A stretch of DNA of 64,000 nucleotides from Callorhinchus milii (lineage: Eukaryota): positions 39,620,001 to 39,684,000 of the forward strand of contig NW_024704742.1 of assembly GCF_018977255.1 (NCBI RefSeq). Reading direction: 5' to 3'. Position numbers and translations under genes: made by a program. Positions within the stretch are counted from its first letter, which is position 1, and each line of letters begins with the position of its first letter. The notes beneath the pieces were generated by a model. It saw only the letters and a list, made by a program, of their open reading frames with translations. It did not search any database and was not told the DNA's origin. Positions 24,463-37,537 of the stretch are shown piece by piece.

Positions 24463-27400
24463 CATATGCTCCCAGGCATAAATTTGCTAAACTTCCTGGA
24501 AGGAGTGGGTAGCACACAGCTCACATCAATGACTTTTCTACATGTAGCAAACAGAGTAAGACAGCTCCCCGCTACCCACAACTGCGTGCACATGAAAAAG
24601 TTAAGAAATGACAGAGCGCTAAGAAGCCACTGTGTTTTTCAGATTCATTATGGCAAAAGGCAAATAATAATGAATAATAATAACATTATTATTAATATTA
24701 ATTGCAACAATAGTAACAAAAAATTGCATTTATACAGTGCCTTTAAAGTTGGGAGGATTGCCCCAAGGTGCTGGATGCTGGACAGTCAAGAGTTTGTACC
24801 CCAGCTGAGGGTTGGATTTGGGGGGGAGGGCAGAGTAGCATGGGACTGAAGGTGACTAGTAAGGTGACTGAAGGCACGGTCAAAAAGGAAGATCTTAAGA
24901 TGGACCTTGAAAGAAGCAAAGCAATAATATGAATAATCCTTACAACTATTATAGCGCCTTTTGCTTCAAAAGTACATCACAATGTGCTTCACATGATTTA
25001 CTCTAAAGCAATGACTGTGTATTGGTACTTAAACCCAACAGTCAATTTGCACACAGCAATATCCCCTACAAAAACAGCTATGAAGTAAAGGACCAAATTT
25101 ATGTGGAAATTGTTAGCCACAACACCAGAAGAAACTCCCTTCTCAAATAGTGTCAAGGATCTTAAGCATTTACCTGATCAGGCAGATGGGACTTCGGTTT
25201 AATGTCTCATCCAAATGAAGGCACTTCCATCAAAGCAGCACATCCCAGCACTGGACTGGAGTGCAGCCTGGATGGTGAGTTCAAAGTCCCAGCATGGGAA
25301 TTGAATCCAGACCTTCTGATTCAAAGGCAAGATGGCTACTAACTGAGTCAGGGTGGCACACAACCTGGTAAAGCAGCTAGGATAAACTGCCCTCTGTATT
25401 ATGAGATGTCTCAGCCCTTGCAAAAGCATAAGGTTGTCAAGTGTCATCCCAGGTAGCTCATTTGTTTGAACACCAGCAGGCTTAAAGGTCCTGAGTTTAA
25501 ATCTTGATACATCTAAATTACTCAGAATCAAATTATACACAAAAATTGACCATAAGTTTGCAATTTAACTTATTATTTACATTGTGTCATTATTTATATG
25601 GCAATGTATTAAGGTTATTTAAAAGGATATTAAGGTCCATTTAAAAGCACAAAAAAAGATAATCTGGTTACATTTGCTAGATGGAGCAGAATAAAACAAA
25701 ATTTACGTCATTCAGCCCTTCACCCTTTTGATGTTGATAAAATGAGTACAACGTCTAAAAATGTCTTTCTTGAGGGGGAAGTGAGCAGGGTTTCATTAAA
25801 ATGAACTGGCATTGAGGCGACATGCCTGACAGGGTCAGTAAACTGTGCAGTAATCCAGGGACACTGCAAAGTTTAGTCATACCCCAAACTCTGCAAGTGA
25901 AAGCCCTAACAAGTACTGTGATGCAGTATGAGGTGGCTAAGTATCATACTGGATGCTTCAGTCACATACAAGGTGTCAAGTCTTATACTCAAGGTTAACT
26001 GATGCAAACACACTGTTCCCTCCTCAGGAATAATAATCCTTGCATTTGTATAGCAACTTATCACATTGGAAGGATATCTCAAAGCGCGTGAAAGAAGAAA
26101 CTTTACAAAAGTTTAGTCAGCAGCTGCTAAAAATTTCACTGATGTGTTTGAAAGTACAAAGCTATTTTCAGAAAGGAACAATTCTAACAACTTGGAGGAT
26201 CATTTGAAAAGGTTATTGTTCAAAGGTATAACTACGTTTTGACAATAACATTGTGGGATCAGATCAATGATTTTAAAGCTACACTGAGAGATGATAAAGC
26301 AAATTTTGAAAGATGTAGAGGTTTTTGAAAACTTTAATAGAGCAGGGAGCATTTTATCCAATAAAGGGTCTACCTAACTATTGACTTAGAAAAATGTTAC
26401 TTATGAATGTTATTGCATGCAGATTCAATCAACTCATTTAAAATTAATATAAAAAGCGCAGATTATTTATCATTCAACACAATTTTCTTCTAACACATAT
26501 TTTGTTCTAAATATTTGAGCTAAGTATGCACATTTATGTGATGAATGTTCAAAATAGAAACCAATGTTAATGATACCCCATCAAGGAAGGGAAATATTCC
26601 ATTTAGCATTTCAGGAGTTGTGGCAAATGTAACTGACGTGTTCTCATATTTCATGTATTTACACCACAAATCTGAGACATTCAGATTAAATTCACAAAGA
26701 ATAATAATGATTAGTTATATTTATACATTACCTTTTGCATAAAATAAACATCAGAAAGAGAGTCAGCTTTGTGCACATTGACAGATCCAGAATTTCACCG
26801 GGGTGTGGGGGTTTATCCAAACTACACCATTTATTACAAAAGCAAAATGTTAAAAATGGTATTAAAAATGTTAAGGAATGTTAAAATTGTTAATTCCATT
26901 CAGCAATGACCTCAGTAAACACTTAGTAGACTGACTTTACCCTAAGTCATAAAGGGTGCTTTATAAATGCAATGTTGTACTAGACTTGAGGTACATAATT
27001 CAGAGGCCTGATAATCCTGGAATATTGTGCACAATGTGTTGTGCACAACGTGCCATTGTCTGTCACAAACGTATTGATTCATCAATTTTTGTTTATCCAA
27101 CAAGGACTTTACTTGAAAAAACACTGCTGGATCATTGAGATGCAACTGTATTGATCAGATGTTGTACAGATTTACCAATTCAACAGAGCCTGTCTGAAGC
27201 TGGTAACAATAAATGTGACCCTGTCACCACAAATGTTTCTACACGTCTATCGACTCAAAGTACATCTCTGAGACAACATTATTTTCTGTTGTCTGCTTTG
27301 GTTTCTCCTATGAATCACTATTCATTCAGATTCAATTCAATTTATCCGCTACCAGACAGCTCAATAATTCATCTGCCAGGCACTGTCCTACATTCCAGAC

Positions 27401-30400
27401 TCTGACATCTAACCTGCCAGGAGTGAGAAACAAAGAAGTCAAATGAATCTTTAGCAGCTTAGTCGCAAAGTCAGAAATCTGTGGAAAAGTACACAAGTTT
27501 TAAAAGATATTTGGCATGTAGTCACAGAATAACAGTTTATCACACAAGCAATATTTGTATTGTGTGAGTCCAGTGTGTTGCTACTTCAAGGGTAGTTCGA
27601 CATACTTGGGCTGACATACTGTCACACTGTCAAGCACCATCAAGGGAACTCTGTCAAATAATCTTGAGGGGCCAACGAGGTTGACCAGAATGTTCAGTCT
27701 TACTAACTTAGTGACTGATTACACAGCCACAATGGTGTTGGCTGAGCAAGGTTAACCAGCGTGTTCTTGTTAAGATGCTGAATGGTTAGTTTTCTTTGGT
27801 TAACCAACAGTTATCAAAATTCATAATTTCAGCAGGCCTGCAATTACATTAGAATACATTAGAATTTACAGCACAGAAACAGACCATTCGGCCCAACTGG
27901 TCTATGCCGGTGTTTATATGCTCCACATGACCTCCTCCTGCCCTTCCTCAACTAAGCCTTCAAGTATAACCTTCTAAGTATCTCATCAATGTAACTTTTC
28001 CTTGTATGGGTTTGCCATCAAACTGATGAAAGACACAATAAATGACTCACAGGGATTACATTTTTTCATTGAATTACAGCGAGTTTAGCGGTGATTCAAA
28101 AAGGAATTTTGTTGACTTTGAATTATTGCTGTGCCCTGGGCATGGTTCACATCCATATTCTAGACATCGGAGCTGCAGCTAAAACATAGTCACATCAGAA
28201 AAATATTGGATATATTCAGATTTTAAACTCAGATGTGGAGGATTACAGAAGTTAAATCATCTGAGTAGGAATTCAATTTACTGAGACTGGGGCATGAATA
28301 GGGAACGAGATAGTCAGGTCTGGACTGAAACAAATATATACTGCCAGGAACTGGATACATACATATAACTAGATCCCCAGAAATTATATGTACAGCACAC
28401 ACCACTAAACCACTACATTCAGGCAATTATTGAAACAGCACTATTAGATCATTGGGCTGATTCCAACAGTAAACTACTAGGGATCAGAATATATACACAC
28501 CACTAACCACCAGAGACTCATCAATTACTGGCACTGGTCTATCAAGGGCTTGAATGCACTCCGGTATGAAATTACTATGGATCAAATGTACACTGCTAAA
28601 CCACCGCACCTCAGTCCTATGCCCTCCTTGTACTCTCCTCTCGATGCAGCAGGAATCAAAGTCACTAAATGATAACAATAATCCTTTAATTTGATACAGT
28701 ACTTTTCACATCAGTAGGATGTCCCAAAGGGCTTTATAGGATACAAAATAAATTGGAGTGATTGTGTGTTGATTGGGCAAATGGCGGGCATTGTGATGTG
28801 ACAACTCAAATATCACGTATCCACACAAAATTTTATTCCTTCTTTAGGTCAGTTTAGATTTCCACATTAGGTTTATGCTCTATGAATAGAATGTACCTAT
28901 GAGGGTTAGCTGAACTCTATACTTAACACAGAAAGTAATATATAAAGTAATCTAATTTGGTCACTCATTCCATGGCTGTTTGTGGGACATTGCTGTGCAC
29001 AGATTGACTGTAACATTGACCCACAAAACACATAGTCATAGTACTTTATAATATATCCTGTGGAATATCCTCCTGCTGTGAAAAGGTGCTGTACCAAAGG
29101 TAAGGATTATTATAATTATTATTAATTTGTAATCTATTAATACAGATATTATACTTGAAAGTTCGAAATGACATAGAATATCAACAAAAATCCTAAATGT
29201 GTTTCAGATGTTTCAAATTTATTTTTAAATGGAGCAATATTGTTCACATTGGGGTTGAAAATGAGATGCCCTCTACCTGGATTTGTGAACAATGTAGCAT
29301 CATGCTGACCTGTGGGAACTGCGCTCCAACATTCCAGGAAATAGTTTTTGATGTTCCCTTGGGATCAGAAGGAATCACAATTTCCAGTTCCAATTTCCTG
29401 GTGTGTTGGAGGGGAGTCTCCACAGGTCTGTGTGAAGCAATTCCAATTGTGGCAGGTTGTGAATATCACATCTAAATAATAAATTAAATAATTCTTGAAT
29501 TTTTTAAAATACCTATTACTTCGAAATATCCCAAAGAGTTTTGCAGGAAACTGCTGTCAAATGTAGCAACTGAGCACTTGTGGGTATTTTCAACATTTTG
29601 TTTTGTTCATTATGGAATAGGTCTCGCCTCACTAGATTCACTATTTATTAGTCAATCTCAGAGCCAAGAGCCAGTATCACAGGATTAATGTTCCTATGAC
29701 TTTTTAGTGCAGAGCGTGTGAGCTGTACAGGCACAGAGCAATGTTAAACACCTTTAAATAAATAACAACATGACAAATGGATGTGTTTTTCAATTGGCAA
29801 TCTATTTTAATTGTGCGCTTTCAAATGAAATATTTAGGTTGCTGGGGAGTAGTAGGTTTAAATTGAAACAAAAAAGCAGGGGGTTTGAATGATAATATGT
29901 ACATTTAAAAATCACTTTTGAAAGTGTTAGAAATCAACCCAATGAAATGGATTGGAATAATTATTAACTTATCAATGAATGAGAATTTGCTTAACGCACT
30001 TGAGATGTGTCCCCAGATTGAGGGAGAAAGCGGACATGTCAGAAATGGTGATTCACGGGCCAGCGTGGCAGAGCAATGCATCAATATTAATATGATTTTC
30101 TCTGCGAAACTGGGTATGGATTTGCCCTGCATGACTCCCTCACCTTGTTTGTGACATTAACAGCAGAAGCTGAGCAACAGCTTGGCATTTCCCACAAGCA
30201 GCAAAGGGAAAATTGGATGATGTCCTGGTCTTGACCTGCTCTCCTCCTGTTTACCAATCTCTTTCTTGGATAAGAATTGTGAGTAGTGCTTTTTTTAATA
30301 AGAAATAGAATAGAATTGCCCTGCACAAAAAAAGAGAAAATACATAACAAATGGAAGTAAATTAGAATTACACTATGTTGTTGGAATAATGCTGGAATAA

Positions 30401-31504
30401 ACACCCAATACTAAACACATATTTTCAGTTTGAATAAGATATTATTATAATATTTAGTACCATTTCATTAAAATTGTTTTGTTGTGGTGGTAAACTGAGC
30501 AATCTCTCAGGATTAAAAGATTGGCTAATGAAACTCTACATAGAGGTGAAGCCTATTTAGTTACGTGATTACACCTCTTTCTCGCATGTGTTAAATTGCT
30601 TCATGTGGAAACTCAATTCCCTATTGGTCAAAAGGTTTGTTGGTTTAGCAAATAGTCTGAACCTGATGCTCCAGTGCAGTACTGCAATATTGTTGTATTG
30701 TCGAAGGTGCTGTCTTTCATATTAGACATTAAACCAAGGCCCCACATATCTGTTTTCAGGTGAATGTTCAAGAATTTCTCCAGATATCCTGGCCAACAGT
30801 TAATCATTCACCTCAAGGCTGTTTGTGGGATCTTGCTGGTGCAAATGTCACTCCTGTGTTTGCCCATAAAATAATCACAACAATGGACAGAAATTGCTGT
30901 GAAGTACTTTGAGACCTTTCAGCATCATAAAGCACTATAAATATACAACCTTTTTTAAATCTTAAGGTTGTAACATTTATCATACTGTAACTGTAAGATG
31001 CAGTATCTTCATATGTTTGAAAAATCCAGTTCTGTTGCAGTTGTATCTAGTTAGCTGCTCAATGACTGTTACTCAGCTGCTGAGCTGCTATACCCAAGGT
31101 TAGTTTAAATGTTCATGGAGAGCCATAAAACTCACTATCAGGATTTATAGTTTTACTTCCTTCTTTTTTGTGTGGGTTGTAACATTTACCAATAATAGTG
31201 TATGTGTCCCTGGAGTTTTGTGAATGTTATATATAAGATAATGCATTGCACAGAATTATTCTGTACAGACACAGAGTTAACTCTTGCTGTGCAACAAGTG
31301 TGTTTGTCCATTTGGGGATAATTGACTTCTTGGACTTGCAAATGAGTTCAAGAGGCAGGTCTGTCTGGGGTTAAACGTGAAGCTAAGCTTGCCACGTTTC
31401 TATCTGTACCAGTGGAAGGTTGGAGGAAAAGTGAAACAGGAAAGAAAATGTTTCATATTTAGGTTTTAAAAAGAAATTAAAATGTATATACTTGGTTAAA
31501 TGAA

Positions 31505-32600
31505 ATACAACGACGACAACAAATTATATTTGTATAGCACCTTTCACATCGGTATGACATCCCAAGGCACTGGACAATCCGGAATTTGGACCCGAGCAGT
31601 GGCTTGAGATCAGAGGGGGTGGATGGCAGGGAGGATAGGGGTAGGAGGGTGGTCGAAGGCTAGGTCGAAGCGGAGGGTCTTGAGACGTGCCTTGAAGCAG
31701 GCAAGGGAGAGAGCAAGGTAATAATAATAATCCTTGCATTTAATGTAGTACTTTTCACATCTTCTAGACATCTCAAAGCGCTTCACAGAATACAACAACA
31801 AGATTACATTTGTATAACGCCTTATACGTCGGGAGGATGTCCCAAGGCGCTGGAATAAACTGTAAAGTGAATTGACTGTATATTTGTGTGCAAAACACGG
31901 CAGCCAACTGTGCACAGTAGTGTCCCACAAACAGTCGTGGATTGAATGACAAAATTATTGTTGTTTTTTTCTCTTGAGGGAAAGTGATCCCCTAATCGTC
32001 TAACAACTGGTTTCCTACTTACTGCTAGGTAAACAGAGGCGTGTGGAGTAAGGAAATTTGCCTAACATTTTACCCACGAGGAATTAAATCCAGGTCTCTT
32101 GCTTGTGAGGCGAGTGCTTGAACCACTGAGCTATAGGACTCCAAGGTAAAAGGACTGTGGAATGGAGTTCCAAAGGGTGGGGTCAGAGAGGCTGAAGGCC
32201 CAAACGCCGATGATGGGGCAGGCTGGGGATGTGGAAAAGGCCAGAGCCTGATGAGCGGAGGGAGCGGACATGATATGGGCTTAGCAGGTCACTGAAGTAT
32301 GAAGGAGCAAGGCCGTGGAGGACCTTGAAGGCGAGGATGAGGAATTAGAACTCTATCCACCGGGAGATGGGGGAGCCAGTGGAGCTGGGCGAGGATGGGG
32401 ATGATAGGGTCATGGAGCCTGGCGTGGGAGAGGAAACAAGCTCTGAATGATCTGTAGCTTGCAGAGGAAAGAGTTGGGAAGGATGAGAAGCAGGGAGTTG
32501 GCGCCGTTGAGCCTAGGTGTAATGAATGTGTGGATGAGGGTTTCAGCGGCCTGATGGGTGAGGCACTGGCAGAGCTGGGCGATGTTGTGGAGGTGGAAGA
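31505..32600 (-). mobile_element. L2-clade LINE 3' fragment with nested SINE
   Basis: Same L2 family sequence, interrupted at 31722-32141. Confidence 0.88.
31722..32142 (-). mobile_element. tRNA-derived SINE, long subfamily, TSD CAAGGTAA, containing a 60-bp L2 tail
   Basis: CAAGGTAA at 31714-31721 and 32142-32149. The head reads GGAGTCCTATAGCTCAGTGG on the minus strand. Confidence 0.88.
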
Positions 32601-34889
32601 CGTTAGAGCTGATTATGGCATGAAACGAGAACTAAAGTCAGCATAGATGGAAAAGTAAAGTCAGCATAGAATAATATTGATTTAAATAGGCTGTTTCCAG
32701 CATAGAAACAGGCCATTTGGCATAACTAGTCCAAGTTTATACTCCATATAAACCTCCACCCCTCCTGATCCCCCCTCGCATACCTTTTCTCCCTTATTTA
32801 TGCAAATAGTAAGAAAATGTTCAGTAGTAAGAATAAAAAATAGGGAAGTGATCGCAGAAGAGAGACAGGAGAAAACAGAATATAGGATGAGCTCAAGTAA
32901 AATGTTAAATGATGTTAGTATTGTCGAATATTATACTTCAACCTCAATACAATACAATTTACATTTATACACCGCCTTCCATGTCGGGAGAATGTTCCAA
33001 AGCGCATTCACAGTACTAGATGAGCACTCAAGTTGGATAGTGAGAACTGAAGGGGTGAGAGGGGAAATAGACCAAAAGTGGAGTCAAAGAGCTACATTTT
33101 GAAAGAGTGGAGGGAGGGAGTGAGCAATTATTTTTACCTTAATATTAAAGGGGTCTAAAATGTAGTGATTTGAAGCACGAATTTCATTTAATATATCTGA
33201 GCAGGGACTCGTTCCTAACTAGCAGCACATCATGAGAGTCACGTTGCCTCATGTGGGTTGCGCTCTGCAACAAGATGACATTGGAAGGAGCTCCCGTTAG
33301 TCAGCTTGTCAAATTTCCAGATTCCATAATTGAGCAATCCCGTTTGAAATTGCCATATTTTATTAGAGCAATAAAGTAATAGAGTGCAGCAATAAAGCAA
33401 CTTTTAATGTTTGAATAACTTCAATGCAGTAATTGTAATCTTCGTTTCAACATCAAAGTGAATCAACTGAAATAATGATAAAGATAATTCTTACATGGTA
33501 TAGGGCCTTTCAGGTTGGGAGCTTGTCCCAAAGTCCTTCACAGGATATTCTGTAAAGTGCAGTGACTGTATTTTGTGCGTGAACAGGGAAGCCAATTTTC
33601 TCATGGCAATCTCCTACAAATAGCCATGAAGTGAATGACAATTTTATTTGGGGGATTATAGGCCAGGACCTCGGGAGAAATTCCCTTCTCTTTGCTGTGG
33701 GATCTTTAACGTCAATATGAGCAGGCAGATGAGGCCTAGGTTTAACATTTTATTCTTAGGACGGCACCTGCAACACAGCAGCGCTCCTCCTGTACTGCAT
33801 ATATAAATTCCAAGTCCTGAAGTGGGCCTTGAACCCCAACCTTCTGACCTTCAGCGGTGTATGTGCAAACAATTCAGACACATAAATCACGTTTAAAAAG
33901 GCTATTTAAGGAGACTGCTCTTTCCTTAGTCTTACCAGTGGTCCAAGAGCTGAGCATTTACTTTTTGCATTTGCTGTTGCTGATAAATCTAAAGATAAAT
34001 ATTACAGTAAATGTTTTCTTTTCAGAGCAACAGCCAGCAGCCTCGAATGTACAATAATATTTGCCAAGAAGTGGCATTGGAGCTCATGACTGAACGATAA
34101 TCTGCCAGACAGAAAACTAATTCTGTACAGAATATGATGAATTTTGCCATCAGCTCAAATCACCCATCTGATGTTGCTTTGGGTGTAAAAACAGTCCTGC
34201 TTTCTACTGAACTATGACTGTTTAGGCCTGGTACAATATAATCAGCAGTCAGGGAAACAATCCACCCTAAGCGCAACAGGCGATTGATGTGATCTGATTT
34301 TGCTTTCAATCATGTGCATCTGGCATCTGGAACACTAAATTCCTTTTGCTTCATCTTTGATAATGTGCTGTGGTCATTCCCATTGAATCAGAGGCGAGAG
34401 CGCTACAAACCGAGCCTCGCTGACATTTTTATTACATAGAGAATTTAAACCTAATAAAAGAGGGTTTAAAACTTGTGCAGAAATTTTCACTTATGTGTTG
34501 GGAAGTTTTTGACTGATCTTTGACTGGAAGTTCCAGTGATTAGAAGGAGCATGAAATGCAATAGGTTCCATAATGTAATATGTGGCATTTCCGATGATCC
34601 AAATATCCAAGTGGAAGAGATCTTCAGTACAAGCTGAGGAAAAATAATAAATTGTAATAATCCTTGCAATTGGAATAGTGCCTTTCATGTCGGGGGATGT
34701 CTCAAAGCTCTTCACAGGATTTATTGTAAAGCGTAGTGACTGTGTATTTTGTAAGCGATTGACAAGGCTTAGTCCCTCTGAACAGCAGTTTTCTGAGTAA
34801 GTTTAGATTAATCAGGCTATTAATCATAGTGATCTGTCAATTGATTGCTCCAGGAATTTGAGTCAGTCCCATTACACTACACTACACGC

Positions 34890-35460
34890 TACACGTGGCA
34901 CTGGAAGCTTTTACTGTCTGTGTATACTTGGCTAGAAGGCCTTTCCAAAAGCAAGACAAAGATTACATTGGCATTGCTCAAAGCACGATGTCTACTTGGA
35001 TTGAAAAAGTGATTGAGGCTTTCATCATACGTTGTTCATGCTTCATTCATTTCTCGGTAACAAAAGAAAACCATTTGTGAAGGCAGCAGAAGTTCTGTGC
35101 CTCAGAGGATTTCAAAATATGTAGCGTGTGCTTTAAATCAAGACCTGGCAACTTATGAAAACCTCTGATGCAGAAAATATTTTTACAGTGATTACATTAC
35201 AAAACTCTAGATCAATGTGATATATTCTTAACACAATTCTAGTATTGGTTGATGGAGATAACTGCACAAAGAAAGCTTCTGGATGCTTTAAGTTTTGCTT
35301 TGAAACTGTGGATGAAGGCATTGGAGCTGAAAAGCACTCGAAAAATGGGAAACTTATGCCTCGCGCCAGAAAAAACACCTCCAGGCACAAAGTGAGTCTG
35401 CACCAAGGAACTCCTATGTGATATGGCAACAACCCTTGAGAACTCATCTCCATAGGAATC
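34890..35460 (+). mobile_element. Fossil PIF/Harbinger (HARBI1-like) transposase fragment
   Basis: VALEAFTVCVYLARRPFQKQDKDYIGIAQSTMSTWIEKVIEAFIIRCSCFIHFSVTKE resembles the Harbinger helix-turn-helix segment (L..LA.GSFQ...GD..GISQS.....I..V..A.......FI.FP). Downstream W..PLR (~35432-35450) resembles WLMTPLR. Confidence 0.7.
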
Positions 35461-36510
35461 TCAGGTCATAGTCAAGATCGCTCAAGTCAAAAGTCATTTT
35501 ATACAGGTGATGCACTCTCCATCCAACAGCAACAACAACTTGCATTCATATAGTGCCCTTCAAGCAGGATAGCACCCCAGAGCGCTTCATAGTGTCGCAG
35601 TCTAACAACGAGCCAGGGGGAGAGGGAGGTGGGAAATGCACTTTCCATCCAAGGTACTTGTCAGGCACAAGTTGACTTTTACACACTGCTGTTTTCCCAT
35701 AAAAGTGCATGTTGAATCCCACTGGTATATATACGGTATATATATATGAGGTATTTACAGTATTTGGAAGGCTTGATTAGATCTGGTTGTGCCTTTTTAT
35801 AGCAGCCAATGAAGAAAGAACGTTTGCCAAATTTTAATAGCTTGGTGATAAGAATAGGTGTTAAATATATATCTAACCAACAATTTGCCCAGAGGCAGAT
35901 GACTTGGCACAGACTATAAATTAATGTAACCATGGAACTGAAAATAACTTAACATGAAGGTAATTAATGTGACAAACATTTTGGTACACTTTACTGAAAT
36001 GCCATTTTTCGTTCTAATGTTTGCAATATGCTTAACTTGAGGTATATGGTATACAGATAGAATTGCAGTCACGTAAATTTGAACACAGAAGGCAGTTTTT
36101 TTTGCTGTTCAAAAAATGTATTGATCTTGATGGAGAATTAGCCCTGCACTGTCCAAATAACATGTATAAAAGAATAGTACTAATTCCAGGTGAATTTATG
36201 CTCTGTTCAGGCATATAATGCAGTTTGCAGTTTGAGATTTTAGGCGCTACAAAAATAACTGAATGAAGCAGAAGATACAATGTATCAAATTTTTATTAAT
36301 ATATGCAGTATACAAAAAAGTATGTGTCTGCTGTTTGCAATGCTGTGGCCTTTGCCTTGAGATCCTGGAACACCATTACAATGGCACTGGACACAGGGGA
36401 TCCAATTCTATCAGCGCTACAGGACTGCCACAAAAGATGCAGGAGAACTGAATGTTTTCTCCAGGAAACCCCCTGCACAGAAGGCCCCAAATTCCTCCTA
36501 GATGTACACT

Positions 36511-36646
36511 GGTCTTAAAATTTAAGATCGCACAGAATTGTGGAAAATGTTTAAATTCAGCTTTAATTTGGTAGCTAAGAACTGCAAACTTTTGAAATTA
36601 TTGCTGAATTTAGGAGTTTTCCACAATTCATCTTAAATTTCAAGAC
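36511..36646. mobile_element. Palindromic MITE
   Basis: Left end GGTCTTAAAATTTAAGAT...GAATTGTGGAAAA...TAAATTCAGC mirrors right end GCTGAATTTA...TTTTCCACAATTCATCTTAAATTTCAAGAC. Confidence 0.7.
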
Positions 36647-36889
36647 AAAATTGTCATACAGACTCAGACCAGATGTATTTTTGGATCAAAAGTCACAAGC
36701 CTTCAGCTCCATTGAGAATGTGAATCATTGCTAATGTCTCGTAACTCCATGTGGTGCATGAAATTGTGTGGAGCAAACGGCGTTTATGCCATGGTCACTT
36801 TTTCTGTTGGTTTAGCAGCAAATGTGCCACTAAAGCACATTATAGATTACTTTGAATGCACACAAATTGAGAATTACTTACCCTGGTTT

Positions 36890-37537
36890 AACAACAACAA
36901 AATTAGATTTGTATAGTGCCTTTCACATCTGGAGGACGTCCCAAGGCGCTGGAGAGACAGAGTTACAGACCCAAGCTGAGGGTCGGGGTGAGGGAGGGCA
37001 GTGGGGGGAAGCAGAGAGATCGAAAGCACAGTCGAAGAGGAGGGTCTTGAGGTGGGTCTTGAAGGAGGCAAGGGAGTGGGCGAGGTGGTGGGACTGCGGG
37101 ATGGAGTTCCAGAGGGTCGGGGTAGAGTGGCAGAAGGCCTGCCTGCCAATGATGGGGCAGGCGAGGCAGGGGATATGAAGCAGGCTGCAGCCCGTTGAGC
37201 GGAGGGAGCGGGCAGGATGGGGGGGAATTAGGAGGTCACAGAGGTAGAGGGGAGCAAGACCATGGAGGGCTTTGAAGGTGAAGACCAGGATCTTGAACTG
37301 TATCTTCTGTGGGAAACCAGTGGAGTCGGGTAAGGATGGGGGTGATAGAGCCACGGAGTTTGGTGCGGAAGAGGACATGGATTGCAGAGTTCTGGACATC
37401 TGCAGCCTATGGAGGGAGGAGTTGGAGAGGCCGACAACCAGGGAGTTTGAATAATGAAGCCTCGATGTAATGAAAGTGCATATGAGGGTTTCGGCAGCCT
37501 GCGGTGTGAGACAGTGGCAGAGCCGGGTGACGTTGCT
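36890..37537 (-). mobile_element. L2-clade LINE 3' fragment
   Basis: AAETLICTFITSRLHYSNSL...IQFKILVFTFKALHGLAP...LWNSIP. (AAC)n on + strand at ~36890. Confidence 0.93.

Noticed and set aside
28022..28050. CTGATGA as a second hammerhead core
   Set aside because: No stem II and no following GAAA box.
29277..29471. Minus-strand exon-like segment after ATTATTTAG
   Set aside because: All three frames from that acceptor hit a stop before a convincing donor.
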